IMG/VR virus record: IMGVR_UViG_3300020045_006153
Location: 51,550-115,549 of that record
Length of the DNA: 64,000 nt
Reading direction: 5' to 3' (one strand)
Origin: a virus
Taxonomy: Duplodnaviria; Heunggongvirae; Uroviricota; Caudoviricetes
The position numbers and the translations under genes are program-made. The notes under the pieces are model-generated. The model did no database searches. It was given only the letters and a program-made list of their open reading frames with translations, and was not told where the DNA came from. Shown one piece after another: positions 1 through 10,306 of this stretch (positions are counted from its first letter, which is position 1; each line of letters starts with the position of its first letter).

Positions 1-102
1 ATGTTTTAGTTCCTCTTGTGTTGGTAAACGGTTGTTTTGTTCCAAAAAGACTTCAACATATTCTGTTGATACCGAACGGAACTCTGATTTGAGCATACGC
101 AT
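1..102 (-). CDS. hypothetical protein, partial (runs off window start)
   Basis: Reverse-complement frame is open from an ATG (MRMLKSEF...) at about 100-102 to the window edge with no stop. Not in the ORF track because it is truncated. Confidence 0.25.
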   Translation of the reverse strand, partial: MRMLKSEFRSVSTEYVEVFLEQNNRLPTQEELKH

Positions 103-253
103 GTACGACTCTGGGATTTTCTTTTCCCTTTTAAATAATTGTTTTGCAATTGCTAATAACATTGTGTGTCCTGTGTGTTACCTTTAGTAGTTACTAGTGG
201 TTACTAAGTAATGGTTTCTACTAATAAGTATTTAGTATAATATAACATAACAT

Positions 254-643
254 TTGCGGCAATGCAACATTTCTTTTATCCAAATAAAATATGTTACTAT
301 TGATGCAGCGATTAATAAATACCATTACAAAGGAACACTACTTGTGCATAGAAAAACAAAGAGCCTGCTAGAAGAATTAAATGACTTCGCAATTAAAAAG
401 GATAAGGAAACTATTCTAGAAACGCGAGCAGTTCATATTATAGACTCCGCGATTAATATTGTTAATCTAATCAGAGAATCATTTGATCCAGAGACAGCAT
501 ATGAACTTGAGCGCCGCTTTATTAATTCAATTAAGGCCGCAGACTCTTCAAAATTTGTACGAGGTGTTAGAAAACTAAGAGATTCTAAGGAAACTGCAAA
601 GAGCCTTAGGATTATCGAAGGTAATGTCAAAGACACCGATTAA
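254..643 (+). CDS. hypothetical protein
   Basis: 129-aa ORF, no recognisable motif. Confidence 0.4.
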   Translation: MRQCNISFIQIKYVTIDAAINKYHYKGTLLVHRKTKSLLEELNDFAIKKDKETILETRAVHIIDSAINIVNLIRESFDPETAYELERRFINSIKAADSSKFVRGVRKLRDSKETAKSLRIIEGNVKDTD

Positions 644-732
644 TACCTTAATTGAGTATTTTTTGTTATCTGGCATAAATATTTGCACGAAAGTCCGTAA
701 TAGGACAAGTCATAGATCAAGGAGATTATATA

Positions 733-1167
733 ATGACATTTGGAATTAGTCGCGTACACGGTGCTTTAATTAGCCCAAAAAACTTCGCTGGTGTTAGTCT
801 TACAGATTTCACTTTAACTTTCTGGAACGGTGATGCATACGTTCTTGCTGCTGACAGTCTATTGGCTGGTGGCGCAGTTGACCAAGCATTCCGTACTGCG
901 TTAGGTACTGTTGGTTCTGTTAGCCGTGTTGGTACTCTAAGTACTGGTACTGGCGCTGCCGCAAATACATTGCGTTTTGCAGTTGAAATGCTTGGTGTTG
1001 AAGCATCTGATAACGGCGGGTTCTTAGGAACTGGTCCTACAGACGCATCCCCAGCATCTACTGCTCTTGCAATCCAGGCTGCTGTTGCAGCACTTGGAAC
1101 TGTTACAAACAGTGCAGGTGGAGTTGTTCACTTAACTTCCGCTACTGTTGCAACATTTGCATACTAA
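733..1167 (+). CDS. hypothetical Ala/Gly/Thr/Val-rich protein (possibly an abundant structural protein)
   Basis: 144-aa ORF with GGAGA RBS, compositional bias, followed directly by a strong terminator. Confidence 0.5.
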   Translation: MTFGISRVHGALISPKNFAGVSLTDFTLTFWNGDAYVLAADSLLAGGAVDQAFRTALGTVGSVSRVGTLSTGTGAAANTLRFAVEMLGVEASDNGGFLGTGPTDASPASTALAIQAAVAALGTVTNSAGGVVHLTSATVATFAY

Positions 1168-1180
1168 GCATTAGTAAACT

Positions 1181-1208
1181 AAAAAGGGTTCTTAGGGGCC
1201 CTTTTTTT
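1181..1208. terminator. intrinsic terminator (AAAAAGGG...CCCTTTTTTT, bidirectional-looking)
   Basis: A-tract, GC stem and T-tract directly after the 733..1167 stop. Confidence 0.5.
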
Positions 1209-1242
1209 ACGACATAAATACCTATAATAAAATAGGTACATA

Positions 1243-1671
1243 ATGGAAATTATCGAAATTAAAACTCTAGTAGATATTACTAAGCCAAACGTTCAGCGCC
1301 CAGGTCAAGGCTCGCTTCTTGAACAAAGTCAATTTAAAAACTGGATTACATTCCAGCAATGTATAGGCTTGCGTTCAATTATTTCATATGAAGAATTGCC
1401 AACAGTAGAAACAGTTGATTTAAAAGGATTTGGATTTGGAAATAAATTTAAAGGTGAGCACGCAATGTGGACTTTTACATTTTATCCAGATCGATCGTAT
1501 GCATATGAAGATGATAATGGAAACATTGCAGGGTTATTACATCAAGACTTGCATCAAGTTCCGGTTATTGAAAAATTAACTGAGACTATAAATACTGCTA
1601 GAGCGATATTTGATCTAGAAGATCCGCAGTATAAAAATACTATTATCAAATCATCGACTATTATCGAATAG
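1243..1671 (+). CDS. hypothetical protein
   Basis: 142-aa ORF ending in TAG. Confidence 0.5.
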   Translation: MEIIEIKTLVDITKPNVQRPGQGSLLEQSQFKNWITFQQCIGLRSIISYEELPTVETVDLKGFGFGNKFKGEHAMWTFTFYPDRSYAYEDDNGNIAGLLHQDLHQVPVIEKLTETINTARAIFDLEDPQYKNTIIKSSTIIE

Positions 1672-1898
1672 TGAAAATGAAGATACATCAATTACTTGGC
1701 GGCATACCGATTGCTATAACAAACGAAGAACACACCTTTATTAAATCGCACGATAAAAATATATCGCTTTCTGCATTAGACGAACAAGGAATGTGGATGG
1801 CCCAAAACTTAGTTAGGAAAAATGTTTACAAGATAACTAATGATAACAAACATATTGTTATTAACAGTGAACATGAATCTAACCAACCAACTATATAA
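1671..1898 (+). CDS. hypothetical protein
   Basis: 75-aa ORF, start GTG 1671 or ATG 1677. Confidence 0.4.
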   Translation: MKMKIHQLLGGIPIAITNEEHTFIKSHDKNISLSALDEQGMWMAQNLVRKNVYKITNDNKHIVINSEHESNQPTI

Positions 1899-2337
1899 AA
1901 AAGTAACTCACTTAGTTACTGATATTAAAGAAACTTTTCGAACTAAGGGATTAATAATTCCTATTCAGGAAAAAGATGGTAGCATAAAGTTTGAACATTA
2001 TATAGTTGTTAAAAAGAACGGATTTTATTCTATTCTAAATGCATCAAATATTACAATGTTCGAACACATCAATTTACCGCAAACTGCAATTTTACTTGCT
2101 AATAATTTAGCACTAGGTAAATTGATAGACGATAAGTTGCTAACGTGTGATCGACAATACGGATACTGCTTATTTGAGAGTGACCAATACAAACGTGTTG
2201 CTAGTTTAGCAGCAAAAAAGCAAGACTGGAGCAAGTTTGACATTTTAATGGAAAAACAAGATAGGGTAAATATTAAAGCAGAAGTAGCAAAGCATACTAT
2301 TATGAATTCGTTTGAAAAGTTAAGACGAATACGATAA
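1873..2337 (+). CDS. hypothetical protein
   Basis: ORF track 1840..2337. Internal ATG at 1873 reduces overlap with the upstream gene. Confidence 0.45.
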   Translation: MNLTNQLYKKVTHLVTDIKETFRTKGLIIPIQEKDGSIKFEHYIVVKKNGFYSILNASNITMFEHINLPQTAILLANNLALGKLIDDKLLTCDRQYGYCLFESDQYKRVASLAAKKQDWSKFDILMEKQDRVNIKAEVAKHTIMNSFEKLRRIR

Positions 2338-2366
2338 ATAGTTTTATAATTTTTTCGGAATACCCT

Positions 2367-3473
2367 ATGATAACTAATGATTTCAATGTCACAATTTCTT
2401 CAGCAACGCTGAACGAAAATATGTTTAAGAAGTTTGGTACAAAAGTAAACTTTGACAAATACACTAGAGAGGATCTTGAAAACTATAGAAACCTTCTACG
2501 TACAAAGTTAAACCAAACTGAAAGTGCAGCAGGATTTAACGATTTGTTAGCCAACGAAGGCTATCAGAAAGATAAGTTTATGTTAAACTTGTTGAACACC
2601 AAGATCAAAGAAATGCTAGGTGAAAGTGTACTTGCCGAAAAAAGTACAAGTCAAAAACAAGCGAGAACAATGGCCGCAGCAGCACATGATCCTAAATTTG
2701 CAAAGAAAGTAGGAATCAAAAAGAGCGTTGCTAAAGAGTTCAACAAGGCCGATACTGGCACTAAACAATTGAGTAAAGCAATGAAAAATAAACCAACAGA
2801 AAAGAAAGTTAAAGAAGAATTAAAAGGCGCGCAAAAGAAATTAGATGTTTCTAAGCCAAAGGGTAAGTTAGATAAGAAAGACTTTGCTGCTTTACGTTCG
2901 AAGAAAAAAGTTAAGGAAGATACAATGCGAGGTCACTATCGTAATATTCTTGAAGGGTTGCACCGTCTTATTAATGAAGACGAAGAAGGCAAGGCTAAGG
3001 ATATTACTGCCGGATCTGACATGGTTAATGACTTTACAAGTTGGATGCAACGTGTCGGTCAATATCAAACAAAGAGTATGATCGAACTTGCAGATAGCAT
3101 TCGTGCTAACTTTGGCCAAGCTGAAGCCGATGCATTTCGCGCAGCAATTACGCCAGCGTTGCAAGAAGCATTATCAGCGCTCACACAAAGCCGTGAAACT
3201 ATTACCCGCGCAGTTGCAGTACTTGCCGGAGAAGAAACCGGAATTGACCCGATGGGAATGGATCCAGCAGGATCACCTGACGGTATGTTAGATGCAGAGG
3301 TTCCGCCTGCTGACGGAATGGATTCAATGAATGGCGGGGATGAGTTCGGGGCAAGCGATGCAGCCGCAGGCGGTGCTGAAATTACAGGACGTGAAATGCG
3401 TGAAGGGCGACAAGTTGCTCGCGCTAACAAATTACGTGAAGCACACTCTATAATGAGCAAACTTGCAAAATGA
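2367..3473 (+). CDS. hypothetical Lys-rich protein with acidic Gly/Asp-rich C-terminal region (possible internal virion or scaffold-like protein)
   Basis: 368-aa ORF, composition only. Confidence 0.5.
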   Translation: MITNDFNVTISSATLNENMFKKFGTKVNFDKYTREDLENYRNLLRTKLNQTESAAGFNDLLANEGYQKDKFMLNLLNTKIKEMLGESVLAEKSTSQKQARTMAAAAHDPKFAKKVGIKKSVAKEFNKADTGTKQLSKAMKNKPTEKKVKEELKGAQKKLDVSKPKGKLDKKDFAALRSKKKVKEDTMRGHYRNILEGLHRLINEDEEGKAKDITAGSDMVNDFTSWMQRVGQYQTKSMIELADSIRANFGQAEADAFRAAITPALQEALSALTQSRETITRAVAVLAGEETGIDPMGMDPAGSPDGMLDAEVPPADGMDSMNGGDEFGASDAAAGGAEITGREMREGRQVARANKLREAHSIMSKLAK

Positions 3474-3823
3474 GATTATTCGAAGTCGCTAATCGATTCG
3501 TAGATGACTTAGAAACGATACTTAGAAATATTACAGGCCGCGGCGACTCTAAACATGTTCCGCAAAGTCTTACGTATCCTGCACTTAGTCATTTGCTTAA
3601 GAATATGGGATATGGTGAAATATCATTTGATCAGTTTTCGAGAATATATGATGAGAACCCACAAATACAACCGTTAATTCAAGATTATAACGATCAAGGT
3701 ATTGTGTTAGGCACTAATGCTAACGCAGATGCAAGCCAATCACAAATGCAAATACCTACAGGTAAAAGTGTAGATCAAATGGCATCAGCGGGCGCATCTT
3801 CACACCTTGATAGTTTATCTTAA
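3470..3823 (+). CDS. hypothetical protein
   Basis: 117-aa ORF overlapping the previous stop (ATGA). Confidence 0.45.
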   Translation: MRLFEVANRFVDDLETILRNITGRGDSKHVPQSLTYPALSHLLKNMGYGEISFDQFSRIYDENPQIQPLIQDYNDQGIVLGTNANADASQSQMQIPTGKSVDQMASAGASSHLDSLS

Positions 3824-3836
3824 ATCTATCAATAAT

Positions 3837-3866
3837 TTGACATATAGCATGTTGTAGTTGTAAAAT
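3837..3866 (+). promoter_or_regulatory. sigma70-like promoter TTGACA-18-TAAAAT with an inverted repeat GTTGTAA..TTACAAC over the -10
   Basis: Consensus -35 box, about 10 nt upstream of the 3873 start. Confidence 0.4.
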
Positions 3867-3872
3867 TACAAC

Positions 3873-4574
3873 ATGACTATTACATCTCCTCCTCCATTCG
3901 TGGAGCGTTACAAATATAAATCCTGCCAGCAAATTAACGACCCTGTTTTAAAGAAACGAGTTTACTTAACTCCGGATGGCGAAAAAACTCCAAGTGTTAC
4001 AACTATTCTTAGTGCCACAAAGGATATGACAGCATTAAATGAATGGAAGAAACGAGTCGGTCCTGAAAATGCTGCTCAAATTTCAAAAGAGGCAGCGGGC
4101 GTAGGTACTGCAATGCATTCTAATTTAGAACGATACTGTGCAGGAATTGAACGTATGCCTGGTAAGAATCTAGTTCATGTGCAAGCCAATAAAATGGCAG
4201 ATCAAATAATCGAGCAGGGGTTAAGCAAGGTAAACGAGATTTGGGCAATGGAACAAAGTTTATACTTCCCTGGATTATACTCTGGTACAACTGATTTGGT
4301 TGGGGTATACAGTGGTGACCCAGCAATTATGGACTATAAACAAACCAACAAACCAAAGAAAGCAGAATGGGTTGAAGATTATTATATCCAATTAGTTGCA
4401 TATATACTTGCCCATAATGAAGTATACAAGTCAGACATTCGCAGGGGTGTTATCTTCATGTGCAGTAGAGATTTACAATATCAACAATTTGATTTATTGC
4501 CTAAAGATTTTAACAAATATGAAGATATGTGGCTAGGCAAAGTTGAAAAGTACTATCTGAACTATAACAAATAA
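3873..4574 (+). CDS. PD-(D/E)XK family nuclease-like protein
   Basis: Motif order TTDLVGV ... IMDYKQT ... YYIQLVAY fits D / (D/E)xK / QxxxY of RecB/Cas4-like nucleases. No Cys cluster. Confidence 0.4.
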   Translation: MTITSPPPFVERYKYKSCQQINDPVLKKRVYLTPDGEKTPSVTTILSATKDMTALNEWKKRVGPENAAQISKEAAGVGTAMHSNLERYCAGIERMPGKNLVHVQANKMADQIIEQGLSKVNEIWAMEQSLYFPGLYSGTTDLVGVYSGDPAIMDYKQTNKPKKAEWVEDYYIQLVAYILAHNEVYKSDIRRGVIFMCSRDLQYQQFDLLPKDFNKYEDMWLGKVEKYYLNYNK

Positions 4575-4604
4575 TGGCATAAATATCCCATAGAGGATAT
4601 TATA

Positions 4605-7181
4605 ATGGCTATTATTGAGATTGCAAAAATACAGATCAGAAGAGGCGATGCTCGCCAACTAGGAGTAGTACCGGAATTATCAACAGGTGAATTTGGGCTA
4701 GCGGTTGCTGGTACATTGCCTGATTCAGCAGTTCCAGAATTATATATAGGTAATCAACTCACCGATGGTGCAGCAGTCGGTGGTAATTTCAGAATATTAA
4801 CTGAATACGATAGAGCATCTCCAACACTGCAAGGTGTGCTATACGGGCATACTACCGCACGAACAGGCGCATCAACTACTCCTAATTACGGAAATGTAGC
4901 ACTAGGGTATTGTGCTGGAAATTTAACTGCAAGCGGCAGTGCAAATATTGCAATTGGATATAATACATTAAGGCATACTGCATACGGATGCGGAAATATA
5001 AGCGTCGGATATTGTTCAATGACAAACAATACAATAGGTGCTGATAATGTAGGTATCGGGTCCAGCACGTTATGTAATAACATCACTGGTAAGTGTAATA
5101 TTGCAATCGGAATTAATGCATTGTTTAATAATGCAACTGGTAATAATAGTATTGCAATTGGACAAAATTCATTGTATATGCAGGCAGCAACCATTACTAC
5201 CGGAACTGAAAATATTGCGATCGGTACATGTGCACTGTATGCAACTACTACTGGATTTTGCAATGTTGCAGTTGGTATGTTTGCATTAAGTAAGAACATT
5301 ACTGGATATGGAAATATTGCTGTGGGAGCATGCTCGCTATTGGCTAACACTGCGGGATCTGATAATATTGCTGTAGGGTTTGGCGCATTATCAACTAATA
5401 CATCAGGGTATAATAATATAGCGTTGGGAGGGAATACTTTATTATCAAACACTACCGGGTATGGCAATATTGCAATAGGATATAATACATTAAGTAACAA
5501 CACTATCGGAAAAGGCAACATTTCTTTAGGTGATGAGTCATTATCTAGCACAACTACTGGTACTAATAATGTTGCTATAGGTATTAACGCTCTTGCTTTT
5601 AATACAGGAGGCATTAGCAATATTGCAATCGGAAGTAGTTCATTATTTTCTAATACTGAAGGGACTAATAATTTTGCTGCTGGATTTAATGCATTATATT
5701 CGTCAACTGATCTTTCAGATAATATCGCAATCGGATGTTTAGCATTACGATCGTTTGAAGTTGATGCTGACGGATATGGTCCCAACATTGCATTAGGTGC
5801 GTTTGCATTAACTGCTAATATAGAAGGCAGTGCAAATATTGCAATTGGATGTAAAACATTAAGCAGTAGTACTGTTGGATATGGAAATATTGCATTAGGC
5901 AATAACGCAATGTCTTTTAATATTAGTGGACGTCATAATACTGCAATCGGAATGGATGCATTAACAAATAATACTATCGGACGTTATAATACCGCAATCG
6001 GCTCTTTTGCATTATGTGGAAATATTACCGGTGACGATAATATTGCAATCGGATTTAATTCATTAAATCAATTAACTTCTTATGGCAATATAGGAATCGG
6101 TCGATCATCTGGTTCGGATATAACAACAGGAACATTTAATGTCATTATTGGATCTAACTCAGGAGCATCGATAGCAACTGCTAGTTGTAATGTTATAATC
6201 AGTGACGGGTATGGTACTAGCAGAATTGCAATTAATGAAGTCGGGTCAACATGTATTACGTCTAACGTAACTTCTAACAACGTCGGAATAGGAGCACTTA
6301 TAGTATCAGGCGGTACAAGTATTGGAGAAAGTCTGTTTGTTGCAAATACTGCTACTATATTAAGCAATGCAATATCAGCACTAACGGTAGTCGGCGGCGG
6401 CTCGTTTGGCGACGATTTAACTGCACCTGCAATGTATGATGATACTAATAGAGTAATAACCTCAGTTACTCCCACTGCTAGTACAGGGATTGCAATTACT
6501 GCCAGCGTTACTGGCGGCCCAGAATCTAGTTTTACAATTGAAAATTTCGGTGTAGTGCATTTGTCAGGTACTACAAATCAAATAGCAGTAAGCACAAGCA
6601 CAGGAAGTGTAATTGTTAGTTTGCCGAGTTCAATTAATGTAACAACAGGAACATTTGTTAACGTATATGCTACAGGAACAAATATTAGCACATCTACATT
6701 AACAGGAGCAATAGTAGTAGCAGGCGGCGTTGGCATCGGTGGCAATTTGAATGTAGGTGGCAACTTAATTACTCCTAATCGTCCATCATTTAGAGTTATC
6801 GGCAAATCTAACCTGTTAGTAACAGGTACTAATATAATTAATTTTGCAACTGGTGCTGTATTAGATTATACACAAACTTCTGCATACAACACCGGTACCG
6901 GTGTGTTTACTGCTCCTATTGCTGGTTTGTATAGTGTATATTTTAACGGTAAAAGTACCAATACTTCTACGCTTGCAACTGCTATTATTTCCAGAACAAT
7001 TGCATCGACCTCAACTTCAACTGTTTCAATTTGGGAAACTGAAGGAACAACCAGTACTAGCAATTTTGGTGTAAGTTCGATTATTAAATTAGCAGCAAGT
7101 GATACTGTATTTGCCACAGTAACAACAGGTACTGTTCAATTTGATATGAACGATAGTTGGGGCGTAACTTACCTCGGCTAA
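4605..7181 (+). CDS. tail fiber protein with repetitive beta-helix-like NIAIG repeats and a C1q/TNF-like C-terminal domain
   Basis: 858 aa. More than 25 degenerate approximately 19-aa repeats (GxxNIAIGxxALxxNTTGxxN). C-terminal GVFTAPIAGLYSVYFNG matches the gC1q hallmark (F-x-A/C-P-x-x-G-x-Y-x-F). Confidence 0.7.
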   Translation: MAIIEIAKIQIRRGDARQLGVVPELSTGEFGLAVAGTLPDSAVPELYIGNQLTDGAAVGGNFRILTEYDRASPTLQGVLYGHTTARTGASTTPNYGNVALGYCAGNLTASGSANIAIGYNTLRHTAYGCGNISVGYCSMTNNTIGADNVGIGSSTLCNNITGKCNIAIGINALFNNATGNNSIAIGQNSLYMQAATITTGTENIAIGTCALYATTTGFCNVAVGMFALSKNITGYGNIAVGACSLLANTAGSDNIAVGFGALSTNTSGYNNIALGGNTLLSNTTGYGNIAIGYNTLSNNTIGKGNISLGDESLSSTTTGTNNVAIGINALAFNTGGISNIAIGSSSLFSNTEGTNNFAAGFNALYSSTDLSDNIAIGCLALRSFEVDADGYGPNIALGAFALTANIEGSANIAIGCKTLSSSTVGYGNIALGNNAMSFNISGRHNTAIGMDALTNNTIGRYNTAIGSFALCGNITGDDNIAIGFNSLNQLTSYGNIGIGRSSGSDITTGTFNVIIGSNSGASIATASCNVIISDGYGTSRIAINEVGSTCITSNVTSNNVGIGALIVSGGTSIGESLFVANTATILSNAISALTVVGGGSFGDDLTAPAMYDDTNRVITSVTPTASTGIAITASVTGGPESSFTIENFGVVHLSGTTNQIAVSTSTGSVIVSLPSSINVTTGTFVNVYATGTNISTSTLTGAIVVAGGVGIGGNLNVGGNLITPNRPSFRVIGKSNLLVTGTNIINFATGAVLDYTQTSAYNTGTGVFTAPIAGLYSVYFNGKSTNTSTLATAIISRTIASTSTSTVSIWETEGTTSTSNFGVSSIIKLAASDTVFATVTTGTVQFDMNDSWGVTYLG
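4890..6100 (+). repeat. tandem degenerate approximately 57-nt coding repeats inside the tail fiber gene
   Basis: Periodic ggaaatattgcaatcgga-type units at DNA and protein level. Confidence 0.6.
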
Positions 7182-7240
7182 ATTTTCTCGCATAAGTACA
7201 GTAAGGATGTTGCAGTCCTTACATCTATTATCTATTAAAA

Positions 7241-7675
7241 ATGTTTAAACAATCTCTAGAAGAGAGATTAACGACTTGGTCTGAATTCCGCAAGAATTTA
7301 GATACAGATCCAAATCCTCTAAATTCCTTAGCAGAATTTTGGGCAGGTGCGCCGCTCATTATTCATAATCACAACATAGATCCATATAACTATCGAAGTT
7401 GGCCCACACCATGGGAAATAATAAATGAAAACAAATATGATGATTTTACATTAGCGTTAATGATTGGGTATACATTAAAACTTACAAAGAAATTTAATAA
7501 AGATAAAATAGAGGTAAGAACAATGGTTGATTCTACAAAAACAAAACTGTATAATTTAGTTTATGTGAATGATGAAACTATATTGAATTATAATAGGTTT
7601 GCGGCTATTAAAACGCAAGATCTAGATAGTTCGCTTTACTTAGAAAATCTAATCGAAGTTATTTTTCCAAGGTAA
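7241..7675 (+). CDS. hypothetical protein
   Basis: 144-aa ORF. Confidence 0.45.
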   Translation: MFKQSLEERLTTWSEFRKNLDTDPNPLNSLAEFWAGAPLIIHNHNIDPYNYRSWPTPWEIINENKYDDFTLALMIGYTLKLTKKFNKDKIEVRTMVDSTKTKLYNLVYVNDETILNYNRFAAIKTQDLDSSLYLENLIEVIFPR

Positions 7676-7700
7676 ATACCATCTAACACAATAAAGCAGC

Positions 7701-10022
7701 ATGACAAAAATAACAGTAATTAAACGAAGCGGAAATAAAGAACCATTAACCGTTGAAAAATGGCAAATGCAAATTGCAAAAGTTTGCAGTGGTATAGCAG
7801 ATGTTAGCCAATCAATGATTGAAATCAAGGCACAACCTCATTTCTATGACGGTATGACAACTAGGGAAATTGATAGCATTGCATTACGTGCAATGGTTGA
7901 TTTAATCGATGCCGAGTCTAATCCCGATGTAGGACATATTAACTATCAATACGTAGCAGGCAAGCAACGCCTGTCAATGCTACGCAAGGATGTGTATGGT
8001 ACATACGCAGTTCCTCACATTTACGAGATTGTAAAAAGAAACGTAGCAATCGGACTATATACGTCTGAATTGCTAGATTGGTATACAGAAGAAGATTGGA
8101 ATAAGATGGAAGCAATGCTCGATCATTCCAAAGACGAAGATTACTCCTATGCTGCAATTGAACAATTGATTGAAAAATATCTTGTGCGCAACCGCAGTAC
8201 AAAAGACATTTATGAAACTCCTCAAATTAGATACATGGTTGCAGCAGCAACAGTATTTCACAAAGAAGAACCCAATGCTGCACGTATGCGATTTATCAAA
8301 GAGTATTATAACGCTTCTTCAGACGGTCTCTTTACTCTTGCTACTCCTGTTCTTGCTGGGCTTGGTACTCCTACAAAACAGTTTAGTTCTTGTGTACTCA
8401 TTCGTTCGGACGATGATCTTGACTCCATATTTGCTTCTGGTGAAATGATGGCAAAGTATGCTAGCAAACGTGCTGGCATTGGTTTAGAAATTGGACGCTT
8501 GCGTTCATTAGGTGCACCTATTCGTGGTGGCGAAATCATGCACACAGGAATGATTCCATTCCTAAAGAAATGGTTCGGAGATTTGCGTTCTTGCTCACAA
8601 GGAGGTATTCGCAATGCTAGTGCTACTGTATTTTATCCAATTTGGCATCTGCAGTTTGATGATCTTATTGTTCTTAAAAACAATCAAGGAACCGAAGAAA
8701 CACGAGTACGCTTTATGGATTATGGCGTGGTACTTAGTTCCTTCTTTTGGAAACGCTTTAAAAACAAAGAAAACATAACATTCTTTGATCCAAATGAAGT
8801 ACCTGATCTATATCAAGCATTCTATAGTAATATCGAATTGTTTGAAGAGTTATACGTTAAGTATGAAAAACAAGACGGACTACGTAAAAAGACAATGTCT
8901 GCTGAAGAAGTATTTAAGAATGGCATTTTAAAAGAACGCACAGACACTGGTCGTATATATTTGGTATATGCAGATAACGTGCAACGCCAAGGTCCATTTG
9001 ATCCGAAATATCATACAATTTATCAAAGTAATCTTTGCTGTGAAATACTATTACCTACTAAGTCTTTTAAGCGCCTTGACGATGACACTGGTCGCATCGC
9101 TCTTTGCACTCTCGGTTCTATCAACTGGGGTGCATTTCGTAATCCAGAAGATATGCGCAGGGCTGCTCGCATTCTTCATCGTAGTCTCAATAATATTCTT
9201 GACTATCAAGACTTCCTAAGTATTCAATCTAAGTTGAGCAATGACGAAATTCGTCCACTCGGAATTGGCATTACAAATCTTGCTTACTGGCACGCAAAGC
9301 GCAGCCTTAAGTATGGAGAAGCAGATGCACTATCTGAAGTTAAAAGTTGGATGGAACATCAAGCATTCTACTTAACTGAAGCAAGTGTTGAACTTGCTAA
9401 AGAACGTGGTGCATGTGTTGATTCTGCTAAGACACGGTATGGTCAAGGAATATTTCCTTGGGAACTACGTGCCAATGGAGTAAACGAATTAACTGACTTT
9501 ACACCAGAACTAGATTGGGAACCATTGCGCAAGGATATGATCCAATATGGTGTACGCAATGCTACCAATATGGCAGTTGCTCCGGTTGAATCTTCCTCAG
9601 TTGTTATTACAAGTACAAACGGAATGGAAATGCCAATGAGTTTAATTTCTGTTAAAGAAAGCAAGGCTGGGTCACTTATTCAAGTAGTTCCTGAATACAA
9701 TCGACTAAAAAGCAAGTATCAATTAATGTGGGATCAAAAAGATTGCACGGGTTATTTGAAAACAGCAGCAGTAGTTGCAGCATATGTTGATCAATCGTTG
9801 AGTACAAATACGTTTTATAATCCTGCACATTATGCGGATCGCAAAGTTCCGATTACGTTAATTGCAAAGAATTTAATGCAAGCACATCATTGGGGATTGA
9901 AAACATTCTACTATAGTCTAATTAACAAGACAGGCAGCAAAGCAGATGTCGAAGAATTGCCGCCGTCCTTGCAACCAATTGACTTTGACGATCAAGAGGA
10001 TTGTTTGTCCTGTAAATTATGA
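7701..10022 (+). CDS. nrdA: ribonucleoside-diphosphate reductase large subunit (class Ia)
   Basis: N-terminal ATP-cone (VIKRSGNKEPLTVEKW), active-site NLCCEI, C-terminal Cys pair (CLSCKL), 773 aa. Confidence 0.9.
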   Translation: MTKITVIKRSGNKEPLTVEKWQMQIAKVCSGIADVSQSMIEIKAQPHFYDGMTTREIDSIALRAMVDLIDAESNPDVGHINYQYVAGKQRLSMLRKDVYGTYAVPHIYEIVKRNVAIGLYTSELLDWYTEEDWNKMEAMLDHSKDEDYSYAAIEQLIEKYLVRNRSTKDIYETPQIRYMVAAATVFHKEEPNAARMRFIKEYYNASSDGLFTLATPVLAGLGTPTKQFSSCVLIRSDDDLDSIFASGEMMAKYASKRAGIGLEIGRLRSLGAPIRGGEIMHTGMIPFLKKWFGDLRSCSQGGIRNASATVFYPIWHLQFDDLIVLKNNQGTEETRVRFMDYGVVLSSFFWKRFKNKENITFFDPNEVPDLYQAFYSNIELFEELYVKYEKQDGLRKKTMSAEEVFKNGILKERTDTGRIYLVYADNVQRQGPFDPKYHTIYQSNLCCEILLPTKSFKRLDDDTGRIALCTLGSINWGAFRNPEDMRRAARILHRSLNNILDYQDFLSIQSKLSNDEIRPLGIGITNLAYWHAKRSLKYGEADALSEVKSWMEHQAFYLTEASVELAKERGACVDSAKTRYGQGIFPWELRANGVNELTDFTPELDWEPLRKDMIQYGVRNATNMAVAPVESSSVVITSTNGMEMPMSLISVKESKAGSLIQVVPEYNRLKSKYQLMWDQKDCTGYLKTAAVVAAYVDQSLSTNTFYNPAHYADRKVPITLIAKNLMQAHHWGLKTFYYSLINKTGSKADVEELPPSLQPIDFDDQEDCLSCKL

Positions 10023-10306
10023 AAATTAAAACAATAGCAATTAGTATATTAGTGATCGTTGCAACATATATTGTTGCAATTAACCTTTATGATATGTATA
10101 CTATATACGAAGTACTAACACGGCCGGTACCTATGGCAGTAGTAAGTATCGGCGATCAACCGATAACAGGAATGAGCGCCACGGGATTTGGTATAAGTGC
10201 GAGCATTGAAAACGGTGACTCGTGGAGTACAGTTGCAAAATTAATAGCAACAATAATCGGCACATATCTTGGCATCAAACTTATTAACAAATATATTACA
10301 AAATGA
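10019..10306 (+). CDS. small membrane protein between nrdA and nrdB
   Basis: 95 aa, hydrophobic N- and C-terminal segments, overlaps both neighbours by 4 nt. Confidence 0.4.
   Translation: MKIKTIAISILVIVATYIVAINLYDMYTIYEVLTRPVPMAVVSIGDQPITGMSATGFGISASIENGDSWSTVAKLIATIIGTYLGIKLINKYITK

Noticed and set aside
125-253. AT-rich region with TTACTA-containing direct repeats, considered as an iteron or origin
   Set aside because: The repeats are short and degenerate and could not be distinguished from ordinary AT-rich promoter DNA. This needs a genome-wide skew or repeat analysis that I cannot run.
4886-5902. 338-aa minus-strand ORF, and other antisense ORFs at 6080..6475, 6578..6805 and 6866..7117
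   Set aside because: They lie antisense inside the repeat-rich tail fiber gene. Their Pro/Ile/Leu-rich low-complexity translations are typical artefacts of reading a biased coding sequence backwards, and they have no RBS or promoter.
8968-9219. Small hydrophobic ORF inside nrdA in another frame, and similar off-frame ORFs at 8170..8448, 7939..8202 and 8306..8614
   Set aside because: They are embedded in the well-supported nrdA reading frame.
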